From the NCBI GenBank assembly GCA_964431625.1, contig CAYSJT010000001.1, positions 1 to 42,183 on the forward strand: a stretch of DNA of 42,183 nucleotides. Direction: 5' to 3'. Positions within the stretch are counted from its first letter, which is position 1, and each line of letters opens with the position of its first letter. The stretch comes from an uncultured Gammaproteobacteria bacterium. Its GTDB lineage: Bacteria; Patescibacteriota; Patescibacteriia; Patescibacteriales; UBA12465. Below, in pieces: positions 32,572-41,105 of this stretch. A program made the translations under genes and the position numbers. Below the pieces are notes generated by a model, which saw only the letters and a program-made list of their open reading frames with translations, made no database searches and was not told the DNA's origin.

Positions 32572-34248
32572 ATGGAGCTTGACTATCAAAAATACAAAGC
32601 CGCCTATTTCAGCATGGAAATTGCGGTTGGCCCAGAGATAAAAAATTACGCCGGCGGCCTTGGGGTCTTAGCTGGCGACCTGCTTCGGGCGGCCGCTGAT
32701 GCCTCCTTGCCAATCGTTGGCGTTACCTTGCTACACGATTTAGGATATTTGGAACAAATAATAGATTCTGAAGGCAGGCAGCAAGAAGGGGAGACTCAAT
32801 TCAGTTTGGATAAACTGGAAAAGCTGCCGACGAAAATCTCAGTAGAAATTGGATCCGAGAATATTAAAGTCGCTGTTTGGCGCTATCTTCTGCGCGGACT
32901 AAGCGGCCACATCGTGCCGGTTTTTTTTCTAGACACCAATTTAGAGGAGAATCCTTTTTCTAGCCGGGAAGTCACCCGTCGTTTATATCGAGGTGATGCC
33001 ATTCGTCGCTTGGAACAAGAAATAGTTCTTGGCCGGGGAGGAGTGAGGCTGCTTGAAGCCCTCGGTTGCTCCGGCCTGAGAAAATTCTATCTCAACGAGG
33101 GCCATGCCAGCCTGGCGGCAATCGAACTATTTCTCAAATCCCAGGCCACAGATGACAATAGCCGCTTGGAAGAGGTGAGGCAAAAATGCCTCTTTACTAC
33201 CCATACCCCCCTCAAAGAAGCCAATGACGTATTTGCCAAAAAGCTGGTTTTGGAATACCAGCCTGATTTTCCCTGGCATCTCAGCGGCCTTCTCGATGGA
33301 GCTGGTCGCCTGAATATGGCCAGAGCCGGGCTATATTTCAGCTCTTGGGCTAATGCCGTTTCTCAGCGCCACCAGGAAGTGATGGCTGACATATTTCCGG
33401 AATTTCAGATAGGGTGTGTCACCAACGGCGTTCATGTGCCATCCTGGGTATCGCCAGAAATGGCTGAGGTGTTTGACGCGCATCTGCCTGCCTGGCGACA
33501 AAACAACCAACAGCTTGAAAAAGCCGAGAGCTTGCCAACCGAAACCGTCTGGGCGGCTCATCAGTCAGCCAAGAAAAAACTGATTGAGTATGTTTTTTCA
33601 GCCACCGGGCGGAAGCTTGATCAAGATCGTCTAACGATTGTCTTGGCTCGTCGCTTTGCTCTATATAAAAGGCCGGAATTGATATTATCTGACTTAGGCA
33701 GATTAAAGAGGATTTCAGCGGCTGGCGGCGGCCTGCAAATTATTTTCTCAGGCAAAGCCCACCCCCAAGACAAAGCTGGCATGGAGCGCCTCAGGAAAAT
33801 TTGGCTCACAGCTTCTGCAAGTGACGAAAAATTGCCAATAGTTTTCTTGTCTGGCTATGGAATAGAAATAGCCAGGCAATTAGTCGCCGGAGCCGATCTC
33901 TGGCTTAACACTCCCTTAGCGCCTTTCGAAGCCTGTGGTACTAGCGGCATGAAAGCCGCGCTTAATGGCGTGCCGCAGCTTAGCATCGCTGATGGCTGGT
34001 GGGCCGAGGGCGGCCGTCACGGCCAAAACGGCTGGGTGATAGAAGATAGGTCTGGTTTAGATCCGGACCGGTCCAGCCTTCTTGATGCTGATGATATTTA
34101 TCGCCTTTTAGAAACTGAAATCATGCCTCTTTATTATCGCCAGCGTCCAATTTGGCAGAAGATGATGGTTCGCGCCATCGCTTTAGGCGGTTTCCGTTTT
34201 AGCGCCCAAAGAGCCATGGAGGAATATTGGCAGAGGGCCAAACTTTGA
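32572..34248 (+). CDS. glgP: Alpha-glucan phosphorylase (GT35, short maltodextrin/glycogen phosphorylase type)
   Basis: 558 aa. N-terminus YFSMEIAV..YAGGLGVLAGD. PLP-lysine region EACGTSGMKAALNG. Confidence 0.9.
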   Translation: MELDYQKYKAAYFSMEIAVGPEIKNYAGGLGVLAGDLLRAAADASLPIVGVTLLHDLGYLEQIIDSEGRQQEGETQFSLDKLEKLPTKISVEIGSENIKVAVWRYLLRGLSGHIVPVFFLDTNLEENPFSSREVTRRLYRGDAIRRLEQEIVLGRGGVRLLEALGCSGLRKFYLNEGHASLAAIELFLKSQATDDNSRLEEVRQKCLFTTHTPLKEANDVFAKKLVLEYQPDFPWHLSGLLDGAGRLNMARAGLYFSSWANAVSQRHQEVMADIFPEFQIGCVTNGVHVPSWVSPEMAEVFDAHLPAWRQNNQQLEKAESLPTETVWAAHQSAKKKLIEYVFSATGRKLDQDRLTIVLARRFALYKRPELILSDLGRLKRISAAGGGLQIIFSGKAHPQDKAGMERLRKIWLTASASDEKLPIVFLSGYGIEIARQLVAGADLWLNTPLAPFEACGTSGMKAALNGVPQLSIADGWWAEGGRHGQNGWVIEDRSGLDPDRSSLLDADDIYRLLETEIMPLYYRQRPIWQKMMVRAIALGGFRFSAQRAMEEYWQRAKL

Positions 34249-34254
34249 TATAAT
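34227..34254 (+). promoter_or_regulatory. Candidate internal promoter giving a leaderless NOX-like transcript
   Basis: TTGGCA (34227-32), 16-nt spacer, TATAAT (34249-54). The ATG is at 34261. Confidence 0.35.
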
Positions 34255-34260
34255 GGAAAT

Positions 34261-35553
34261 ATGAAGAAACTAGCCTTGGCGGCAATATTTTTAATTAACT
34301 TAGGCATTATCATTTATCTTTGGTCGAGCCAGTCAGTCCGCTTCTTGTCGGCTGGCCAGGCCGGACTTTTTATTTCCCTGGGTCGCTTGGTTGGCCTGCT
34401 GGCAGTGTATTTGGTTCTTTGGCAACTTGTTCTTATCGGCCGGGCGAGATTCATAGAGCAGACTTTCGGCTTTGATCGCCTGGCCGCCTTCCATCGTTTA
34501 AATGGATTGATTGCCTGGATATTCATTTTTCTCCATCCATTTTTTATTATTCTGGGCCGGGCCAAGCTGGGCGGAGTGAGTTTCTTAGGCGAATTCTTAT
34601 CATCTCTTTCTCCTGAGGCTGAGCTTGGGTCGGCTTTTATCGCCGTTCTTATATTCACCTTTATTATCATTATCTCTTTTGGGGCGATGAGGCGGAAATT
34701 GAAGTATGAGGCCTGGCATTATATTCATTTCCTTACTTACTTAGCTATTATCTTAGCCTTTGGCCACCAATTAGAGATGGGCTATGACCTCCAAAAGAAT
34801 TGGGCTGCGGCCTATTGGTATCTTCTCTACGCTATTGCTATTTTGCCTTTGATTTATTATCGCCTCCTTTGGCCTGCTTTTTTGTATTATCGCCATCGTT
34901 TCCAAGTGGCAAGAGTGGTCAGGGAGAACCCTTGGGTGATTTCCGTGTATATTTCAGGCCGCCAAATGGATCGTTTTTATTTCCGAGGCGGCCAATTTAT
35001 AGTTGCTCGTTTTTTGAGCAGAGAATTAGCCTGGCAAGCCCATCCTTTTTCCCTGTCCCAAGCATTTAACGGGAAGGAGCTGAGATTGACGATAAAGAAT
35101 CTTGGGGATTATACGGCCAGTCTGCCTAGCAAGCTTCGCCCTGGCCAGCCGGTTTGGCTGGAAGGGCCATATGGCATCTTCACGGGCCGGCGGGCCAAAG
35201 GGAGCAAGCTTGCCCTTATCGCTGGCGGCATTGGCATCACGCCCATCAGGAGCCTAATAGAGGATTCGCCTGACAAGGACAAGGTTTTGGTTTACTCTGC
35301 TCGCCAGATGGAGGAGATGGCGCTGAAGCCGGAGCTGGACAGTCTGGCCGGACATAATTTGCGCAATGAATATTTGGACTCTTCTTCCGGGCGTTTGGAT
35401 AAAGATAAATTGAGCCAGCTCCTGCCTGATTATCAGGAAAGAGAGTTTTATCTCTGCGGCCCTTGGCCGATGATATCGGCCGTCAGAAAAGCTCTCCGAG
35501 AACTAGGCATAAAAAGAAACCGGATATATTTTGAAAAGTTTTCCTTAGGCTAA
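34261..35553 (+). CDS. Ferric-reductase-domain / FNR-like fusion protein (bacterial NOX-type haem-flavin oxidoreductase)
   Basis: 430 aa, six TM helices. Two His pairs have NOX-like spacing (FHRLNGLIAWIFIFLHP, 14 apart; IHFLTYLAIILAFGH, 13 apart). FAD motif HPFSLS, NAD(P)H motif GGIGITP, C-terminal LCGP. Confidence 0.85.
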   Translation: MKKLALAAIFLINLGIIIYLWSSQSVRFLSAGQAGLFISLGRLVGLLAVYLVLWQLVLIGRARFIEQTFGFDRLAAFHRLNGLIAWIFIFLHPFFIILGRAKLGGVSFLGEFLSSLSPEAELGSAFIAVLIFTFIIIISFGAMRRKLKYEAWHYIHFLTYLAIILAFGHQLEMGYDLQKNWAAAYWYLLYAIAILPLIYYRLLWPAFLYYRHRFQVARVVRENPWVISVYISGRQMDRFYFRGGQFIVARFLSRELAWQAHPFSLSQAFNGKELRLTIKNLGDYTASLPSKLRPGQPVWLEGPYGIFTGRRAKGSKLALIAGGIGITPIRSLIEDSPDKDKVLVYSARQMEEMALKPELDSLAGHNLRNEYLDSSSGRLDKDKLSQLLPDYQEREFYLCGPWPMISAVRKALRELGIKRNRIYFEKFSLG

Positions 35554-35557
35554 GTAT

Positions 35558-35956
35558 ATGAGTCGAGAAATAATTAAAAATGATTTTTCTTTTTGGCGCT
35601 ATTTGATGAACTTTTGGACCGTTCTCTTCTTGCTCTTTATCGTCTTTGATTTCTCCAGTCAGAATGGCTATGGTAGCATTTTGAATATCCTGGCCGCAGT
35701 CTATATTAGCGTTTTAGCCATCTATGTCGGCAATAAAGAGTTCGAACGCTGGTATAACCGCCACCAAGGCCAGCATCCAGGAGAAATGTTCGTGATTATC
35801 TGGACGGTTGTCATGCTGGGCTTATTAATGGGCGACATGCTGCTCGGCCCTAACTATGAAGTGCCCGGAGCAGTTGTCTCTTCATATATTGCAGTTTTGA
35901 CAATTTTAGCCATCACCCGCAAATCAAAACAACTCTATCGAGCTAAGTCTAAATAG
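35558..35956 (+). CDS. Hypothetical membrane protein (132 aa, ~4 TM helices)
   Basis: Hydrophobic profile. It starts 4 nt after the NOX-like gene stop. No family recognised. Confidence 0.6.
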   Translation: MSREIIKNDFSFWRYLMNFWTVLFLLFIVFDFSSQNGYGSILNILAAVYISVLAIYVGNKEFERWYNRHQGQHPGEMFVIIWTVVMLGLLMGDMLLGPNYEVPGAVVSSYIAVLTILAITRKSKQLYRAKSK

Positions 35957-35983
35957 TTCTATTATTCACTAATCAATAATACT

Positions 35984-36244
35984 ATGGTACAGGCTAAGAA
36001 AAAAACTAGTTCTAAGCAGGACCGCTTCAAACTCAACAGCCATGAGCTGGTCGCTAAGGTCAAAGAGCTCATCAAGGAGGGAAATATCCGCCGCATCATC
36101 ATCAAGAATGAAAAGGGGAAGGTAATGATGGAAGTCCCAGTAACCTTTGCCGTTGTCGGCACGGTCTTCGCCCCGGTTCTGGCGGCCATTGGCGCTCTAG
36201 CTGCTCTTATGACAAAATGCACCATTGAGGTCCAGAGGAAATAA
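35984..36244 (+). CDS. Small protein, probably DUF4342-like
   Basis: 86 aa. IKEGNIRRIIIKNEKGKVMMEVPVTFAVVGTVFAPVLAAIGALAAL fits the DUF4342 pattern as I remember it. I prefer it to the overlapping antisense ORF 35962..36276. Confidence 0.6.
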   Translation: MVQAKKKTSSKQDRFKLNSHELVAKVKELIKEGNIRRIIIKNEKGKVMMEVPVTFAVVGTVFAPVLAAIGALAALMTKCTIEVQRK

Positions 36245-36258
36245 TTTTGAAAGAAAAA

Positions 36259-36290
36259 TAAAAAAGCCGGGGACAATCCCCGGCTTTTTC
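36259..36290. terminator. Bidirectional terminator
   Basis: AAAAAAGCCGGGGA-CAA-TCCCCGGCTTTTT. Confidence 0.85.
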
Positions 36291-36301
36291 GTAATTATCT
36301 T

Positions 36302-37675
36302 TTAATACATCATTTCCAGGATTTCATCTCGGCGTTTTTCCATGGTAGCTTGATCAATGGCTTCTAAATTGAGGCGCATTTTTGGTTCGGTATTCGAACC
36401 GCGGACATTGAACCAGAAATCGGAATATTCCACGGAGATGCCGTCTAATCGGGCAATTTTTCCATCCGGGTAGCGTTCAGCTATCCTGGCGAAAACCGCG
36501 TCTTTGTCCGCTACCGTCCGATTTATTTCTCCGGAAGCGAAGTAGCGGCCGTATGGGGCGACATATTCAGAAATTTTTTGGCCGGAAGCTGAAAATTCAA
36601 CCAAGAGCTTCAAGATCATAATAGGCGGATATTCAAAGCAGCCGATGGAATCATTAAGATAGAAATGCCCGGACGATTCACCCGCGAAATATATATCTTC
36701 TTTGAGCATCTGCTCCTTGATTAATGAATGGCCGACCCGGGTGACAACCGGCTGGCCTCCGGATTCAGTGATCAGATCAAGGGTAATCTTGCCCGGCCTG
36801 ACATCATAACCGATTTTTGCCCCAGGCTTGTCTTTGAGAAATATTTTAGCTAACAGCCCTCTAACTAAAGCGGGCTCAATTGTCCGCCCTAAATCATCGA
36901 TAAAGAAGATTCGATCCCCATCCCCGTCTGTAGCCAGGCCAAGATCTGCTTTGTGGTGGACAATCTCATCTTGGAGTTGTTTGAGATTTTCCGGCTTGAG
37001 CGGATCAGCCTCATGGGCGGGGAAGCCGCCGTCCAGAGGGAAGTTCAGCTTTATCAATTCTAAAGGAAGATGCTTAACCAAAGCTTCCAGGTATGTCGCG
37101 CCCATGCCGTTAGCCGTATCAGCGACGACTTTCATGGGTTTGATAGCGGCGATATCGGCAAACTTTAAACCGTGTTTTATCTGTTCCTCCAAGACCTCGC
37201 GATTTTCTGTTGTCTTACCGGCTTCAGCCGCCGGCAGGAAGCGATTTTCCAAGACCTTCTCTTTCAAAAATTCCATGCCCGTCTCCCCGCTTATCGGCAC
37301 CCCTTTGGCCCGCACTAGCTTGAAGCCGTTCCATTCTTTGGGGTTGTGGGAGGCTGAGACAATGATGCCGCCATCATAGCTCCAGAAGCCGACGGCGAAG
37401 TATAATCCAGGCGTGGAAACCAGGCCAAGATCGACCGCGTCCGCCCCAGCTTCATTCAAGCCTCTAATCAGGCTGTCCTTGAGGCCGGGAGATGACAGGC
37501 GCATATCAGCGCCGACAGCGATTTTTAACTTCTTGCCTGGGATATAATCAGGATCACTCTGGCGCAGGGCGACGAAAGCTAAGCCGAGCAAACGGCCGAG
37601 CTCATTGTCGAAATCCTGGCCGTATATGCCCCGGATGTCGTAGGCTTTAAATATTGACGAATTGATTTTTAACAT
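36302..37675 (-). CDS. Phosphomannomutase/phosphoglucomutase (alpha-D-phosphohexomutase family)
   Basis: 457 aa. N-terminus FKAYDIRG, catalytic-serine loop SASHNPKEWNGFK, metal loop TDGDGDR, sugar loop GESSGH. Confidence 0.93.
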   Translation of the reverse strand: MLKINSSIFKAYDIRGIYGQDFDNELGRLLGLAFVALRQSDPDYIPGKKLKIAVGADMRLSSPGLKDSLIRGLNEAGADAVDLGLVSTPGLYFAVGFWSYDGGIIVSASHNPKEWNGFKLVRAKGVPISGETGMEFLKEKVLENRFLPAAEAGKTTENREVLEEQIKHGLKFADIAAIKPMKVVADTANGMGATYLEALVKHLPLELIKLNFPLDGGFPAHEADPLKPENLKQLQDEIVHHKADLGLATDGDGDRIFFIDDLGRTIEPALVRGLLAKIFLKDKPGAKIGYDVRPGKITLDLITESGGQPVVTRVGHSLIKEQMLKEDIYFAGESSGHFYLNDSIGCFEYPPIMILKLLVEFSASGQKISEYVAPYGRYFASGEINRTVADKDAVFARIAERYPDGKIARLDGISVEYSDFWFNVRGSNTEPKMRLNLEAIDQATMEKRRDEILEMMY

Positions 37676-38786
37676 AAGCCCAGAAAGCGCCCAGGCCGAA
37701 GCAGACGGCCAGGAGGCTGATTATCCATCCCACAGCCGGGATGGCGAAGAGGAGCCAGGAAACGAAGACGCCGACAGCCAAGGCAGGCAACAGCGATTTA
37801 CCCGCCCCCATCTTTAATTGCTTAAGTAGCCAGGCGCCCAACCAGAGAGCCGTTAGTACACGAGCAACATAGATAGCTACGAGCCATTTAGCAGCGATGA
37901 TTAGCCCCAAAGGCAAGCCAATGACAGTTATGATGAGAATGAGCGAGGCGATTGGCAGGACGGCGAAGATGAGGAGTCCGGAAAGAATTTTCCAGCCGGG
38001 TTGAGTAGGGAGTTTCTCCAACAGGCCGTCAATTGGTTTCCTCATTAGGAATATCATGGCCAGGCCGACGACTATAGCTGAGAACATTGCGATGATGCGG
38101 TCCAAAATCCAAGACCAGACAGCGCCGCTTTGTTTTGTCGGCCAATCGTGACGATTAGTTTGGCCGCTGACTTTTGCTTGTTCGGAAATTTGCGCTTGGC
38201 TTTTAGCCGTATAATTAAGGTTGCCGGCGATTTCTGTTCCAGAAGCGACAATCAGTCCGTCCGGGCGGGTTTCTTTAGAGAGTTTGAGATTGACATCTCT
38301 TCCAATCTTCGCGTCTATCATAACTTGAGCCGCCCCACCTTCAACGGATCCGTTGATTTCTCCGCGGATTTCTGCCTTGGCGGACATCACGAGAAGATCC
38401 CAGCCGATTTCTGAGTCCCGACCAATGAAGACTGTGTTGCCAAAGGCATTGACATTGCGTCCGACCGAGCCGTTGAGGCTGATAGCGCTTCCGGCAATAC
38501 GGATGTTGCCGCCAACATCGCCATTGACGGTTATCGTTTGCCCGGCGGCGATCAGGTCGCCCTCTACTCGCCCATTGACGGTTATCGTTTGCCCGGCAGC
38601 AATCAGGTCCCCGGCGACATTGCCGTCAACCGTGATGGAATTTCCGGCCGCCATCAGGTTGCCGTCAACCACTTCTTCGGCCGGGATATAGACCGAGTTT
38701 CCAGTACGGGCGCCAGCGGCGCTGGCGGCTAAGATTGGCGCCGCCAGGAAGACTGGTAGCAGAAGGAAAAGCCAGAGTTTTTTCAT
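37647..38786 (-). CDS. Secreted bactofilin-like (polymer-forming, beta-helix repeat) domain fused to a C-terminal polytopic membrane domain
   Basis: 379 aa. Signal peptide MKKLWLFLLLPVFLAAPILAASA. Repeated (D/N)GxVxGDLIAAGQTITVNG beta-helix units, then ~6 TM helices. Its 3' end overlaps the phosphomannomutase start by 29 nt. Confidence 0.7.
   Translation of the reverse strand: MKKLWLFLLLPVFLAAPILAASAAGARTGNSVYIPAEEVVDGNLMAAGNSITVDGNVAGDLIAAGQTITVNGRVEGDLIAAGQTITVNGDVGGNIRIAGSAISLNGSVGRNVNAFGNTVFIGRDSEIGWDLLVMSAKAEIRGEINGSVEGGAAQVMIDAKIGRDVNLKLSKETRPDGLIVASGTEIAGNLNYTAKSQAQISEQAKVSGQTNRHDWPTKQSGAVWSWILDRIIAMFSAIVVGLAMIFLMRKPIDGLLEKLPTQPGWKILSGLLIFAVLPIASLILIITVIGLPLGLIIAAKWLVAIYVARVLTALWLGAWLLKQLKMGAGKSLLPALAVGVFVSWLLFAIPAVGWIISLLAVCFGLGAFWAYVKNQFVNI
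38521..38597. repeat. 51-bp-period tandem repeat inside the beta-helix gene
   Basis: CCATTGACGGTTATCGTTTGCCCGGC occurs at 38521-38546 and again exactly at 38572-38597. It encodes two copies of AGQTITVNG. Confidence 0.9.
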
Positions 38787-38852
38787 ATGGATGATTGTTT
38801 AATTAGCCTAAATGGTATATCCTAGTATCAGCTTTAATTATATCGCAAAAAG

Positions 38853-40460
38853 ATGCAAGAGGCAATCAGATATTTAATTGAAAATTACGCAAGAAACATC
38901 TCTAGCCGCGATGAGCTGGAGGCTGCCAAGCGGGCGGTCTGCAAGCGCTTCGGCCTGAAATCCATCATTAATGCCGACATCCTTTCCGTCGGTCGTAATT
39001 TGGGCTGGCCGCAGCCGGGCGACAAGGGTCAAGCCCTATTTTTGAAGCTGCTGCGTAAACGATCAATCCGCACTCTTTCGGGCATCGCTCCGGTCGCCGT
39101 CCTGACTAAGCCCTATCCCTGTCCGGGCCGCTGTGCCTATTGCCCCCATGAGCCCGATGTTCCGGTTAGCTATCTATCCAATGAACCGGCGGTGATGCGG
39201 GCGATACGCTGCGGCTACGACCCGTATATCCAGGTGATTATGCGGCTGAAGGCCCTGGAAGCCAATGGCCATGAGCCGAACAAAATCGAGATCATCGTTA
39301 TCGGCGGCACCTGGAGTTATTTGCCGGAGAAGTATAAGTATTGGTATATTCTCAACTGCTTTCGGGCGGCCAACGATTTCAAGATACAAAGAAAGAAGCT
39401 TCTCGCAGAGGGAAGCCAGTCGCCGAAGTCGCCGTATAAGCAGAGCTTGTCCCTGGAAGTGTTAAAGCGAAAACTACGTACAGAGCAGAAGAAAAATGAA
39501 AATGCTGCCTATCGCATCATCGGCTTGACTTTGGAGACCCGGCCTGATTATTTGAGCGAAGCTGAAGCTAGACAGATGCGCGAACTGGGATGTACCCGGG
39601 TAGAAATTGGCGTGCAGGCAATAGACGATAAGATATTAGCTAAGAACCGGCGTGGGCATGGAATAAAAGAAATTGCCGAAGCTACCGCCAAACTAAAACA
39701 CTTCGGCTTTAAAGTCACCTATCATTTCATGCCGGCTCTTCCCGGATCATCTCCGACCAAGGACTTGGCGATGTTCAAAGCTTTGTTTAGCGACGAAAGC
39801 TTCCAGCCGGATCAAATAAAATTCTATCCCACGGTAGTGACCAAGGGAAGCCTGCTTTATCAATGGTATAAGCAGAAGAAGTATCGCCCATACTCTGATA
39901 AGGTTTTACAGCGTCTAATCGCTGGTTGCAAGGCGGTCGTTCCCCGTTACGTTCGAATTATCCGCCTGGTTCGGGACATTCCCGGCGAATCGATAATTGC
40001 CGGAAACAAGATTACCAATCTCCGCCAGGTTATGAAAGACCAGGGAGTTAGTTGCCAGTGCATCCGCTGCCGCGAGGCCAAGGATACGCCGATTGGAAAT
40101 TATGCGCTTAGCGTTGTGAATTATCCAGCTTCTGGGGGCAGGGAATATTTCATCAGCGCCGATAGCCGTAACCGAAAAATCCTTTATGGCTTCTGTCGCT
40201 TGAGGTTAGATGTGTCCAGCCCGATTGCCCCCGCTCTTATCCGCGAGCTCCATGTGTACGGCGAGCTAAGGCCGGTCGGCTCAAGCGCTCTCATCCAGCA
40301 CAGTGGCTTAGGTAAGAAGCTGCTGGCCAAGGCCGAGGTGATAGCCAGGCAGGCCGGGGCGGAAAAGATAGCTGTTATTTCTGGTGTCGGCGTCAGGGGG
40401 TATTATCGGAAATTAGGCTATGTTTTAAGGGGGAGTTATATGTATAAAACGTTGACATAA
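38853..40460 (+). CDS. elp3: Elp3-type radical SAM / GNAT acetyltransferase (tRNA wobble-uridine cm5U synthase homologue)
   Basis: 535 aa. Radical-SAM cluster motif CPGRCAYC (CX3CX2C) in the Elp3 context KPYPCPG.C.YCP. C-terminal GNAT motif QHSGLGKKLLAKAE.IARQAG. Overall Elp3 length and domain order. Confidence 0.85.
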   Translation: MQEAIRYLIENYARNISSRDELEAAKRAVCKRFGLKSIINADILSVGRNLGWPQPGDKGQALFLKLLRKRSIRTLSGIAPVAVLTKPYPCPGRCAYCPHEPDVPVSYLSNEPAVMRAIRCGYDPYIQVIMRLKALEANGHEPNKIEIIVIGGTWSYLPEKYKYWYILNCFRAANDFKIQRKKLLAEGSQSPKSPYKQSLSLEVLKRKLRTEQKKNENAAYRIIGLTLETRPDYLSEAEARQMRELGCTRVEIGVQAIDDKILAKNRRGHGIKEIAEATAKLKHFGFKVTYHFMPALPGSSPTKDLAMFKALFSDESFQPDQIKFYPTVVTKGSLLYQWYKQKKYRPYSDKVLQRLIAGCKAVVPRYVRIIRLVRDIPGESIIAGNKITNLRQVMKDQGVSCQCIRCREAKDTPIGNYALSVVNYPASGGREYFISADSRNRKILYGFCRLRLDVSSPIAPALIRELHVYGELRPVGSSALIQHSGLGKKLLAKAEVIARQAGAEKIAVISGVGVRGYYRKLGYVLRGSYMYKTLT

Positions 40461-40526
40461 ATTAATAATAGTGTTAGGATGCTTTGAAAATAAATTTCCC
40501 TTTTTCTTTAACAAAATCAAGTAATC

Positions 40527-41018
40527 ATGAAAAAATTAAGAAAGGCCTTATTGGCCATGTTTGTTCTTCTGACTACGCTGGCTGGCATGGCGTTCGTTGC
40601 CTATCAGCAATCTATCGCCAGGAACATGGATTTCCCCTGGACATATGACCAGGAGCTGGAAAAGTATGTCCAGACGCCGATATTCCATCTTTGGCCCTTG
40701 GCCTATCCCCTGGCAGCGGCAATAGTGGTTTTCTTCGCCTGGGTCCTTTGGCAGAGAGCCAATGAATACGGAAGAAGAGAAATTGGCAGCAATGTTTTGC
40801 GAGCATGCTCCTGGTACCTCATCTTCTGTTTCGGAGTCATCACGATGATCGGTCTGGAGTCCTGGGGAGGCATAGCTACCCCGCCAGCAGAGGCCAATCA
40901 GTATTTTTATCTGACAGGAGGCCAGCAAATCCTTATTTTGGTCTTCTTATTAGTTTTTAGTATTTTTTCTGGCGTTGCGTCCATAGTCCATAAAAAAGAG
41001 GCCGAAGAAAGCTCATAA
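40527..41018 (+). CDS. Hypothetical membrane protein (163 aa, ~4 TM helices)
   Basis: Hydrophobic segments. A terminator follows. No family recognised. Confidence 0.6.
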   Translation: MKKLRKALLAMFVLLTTLAGMAFVAYQQSIARNMDFPWTYDQELEKYVQTPIFHLWPLAYPLAAAIVVFFAWVLWQRANEYGRREIGSNVLRACSWYLIFCFGVITMIGLESWGGIATPPAEANQYFYLTGGQQILILVFLLVFSIFSGVASIVHKKEAEESS

Positions 41019-41042
41019 AAACCCTCAAAAATACAAGATCTC

Positions 41043-41072
41043 ATACCAACCTTCACTGGTTGGTATTTTTTT
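41043..41072 (+). terminator. Intrinsic terminator
   Basis: ATACCAACC-TTCACT-GGTTGGTAT followed by TTTTTT. Confidence 0.8.
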
Positions 41073-41099
41073 GACAAAACCAGCCTCCTAAACTAAGAT
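41071..41099 (+). promoter_or_regulatory. glyA promoter; its position implies a leaderless transcript
   Basis: TTGACA (41071-76), 17-nt spacer, TAAGAT (41094-99). The ATG at 41106 is 6 nt after the -10 element. Confidence 0.45.
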
Positions 41100-41105
41100 G
41101 AAGGT

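Noticed and set aside
35962-36276. 104-aa minus-strand ORF overlapping the 86-aa plus-strand ORF
   Set aside because: The plus-strand product resembles DUF4342 and fits the operon direction and the downstream terminator. The minus-strand ORF would run into that terminator hairpin.
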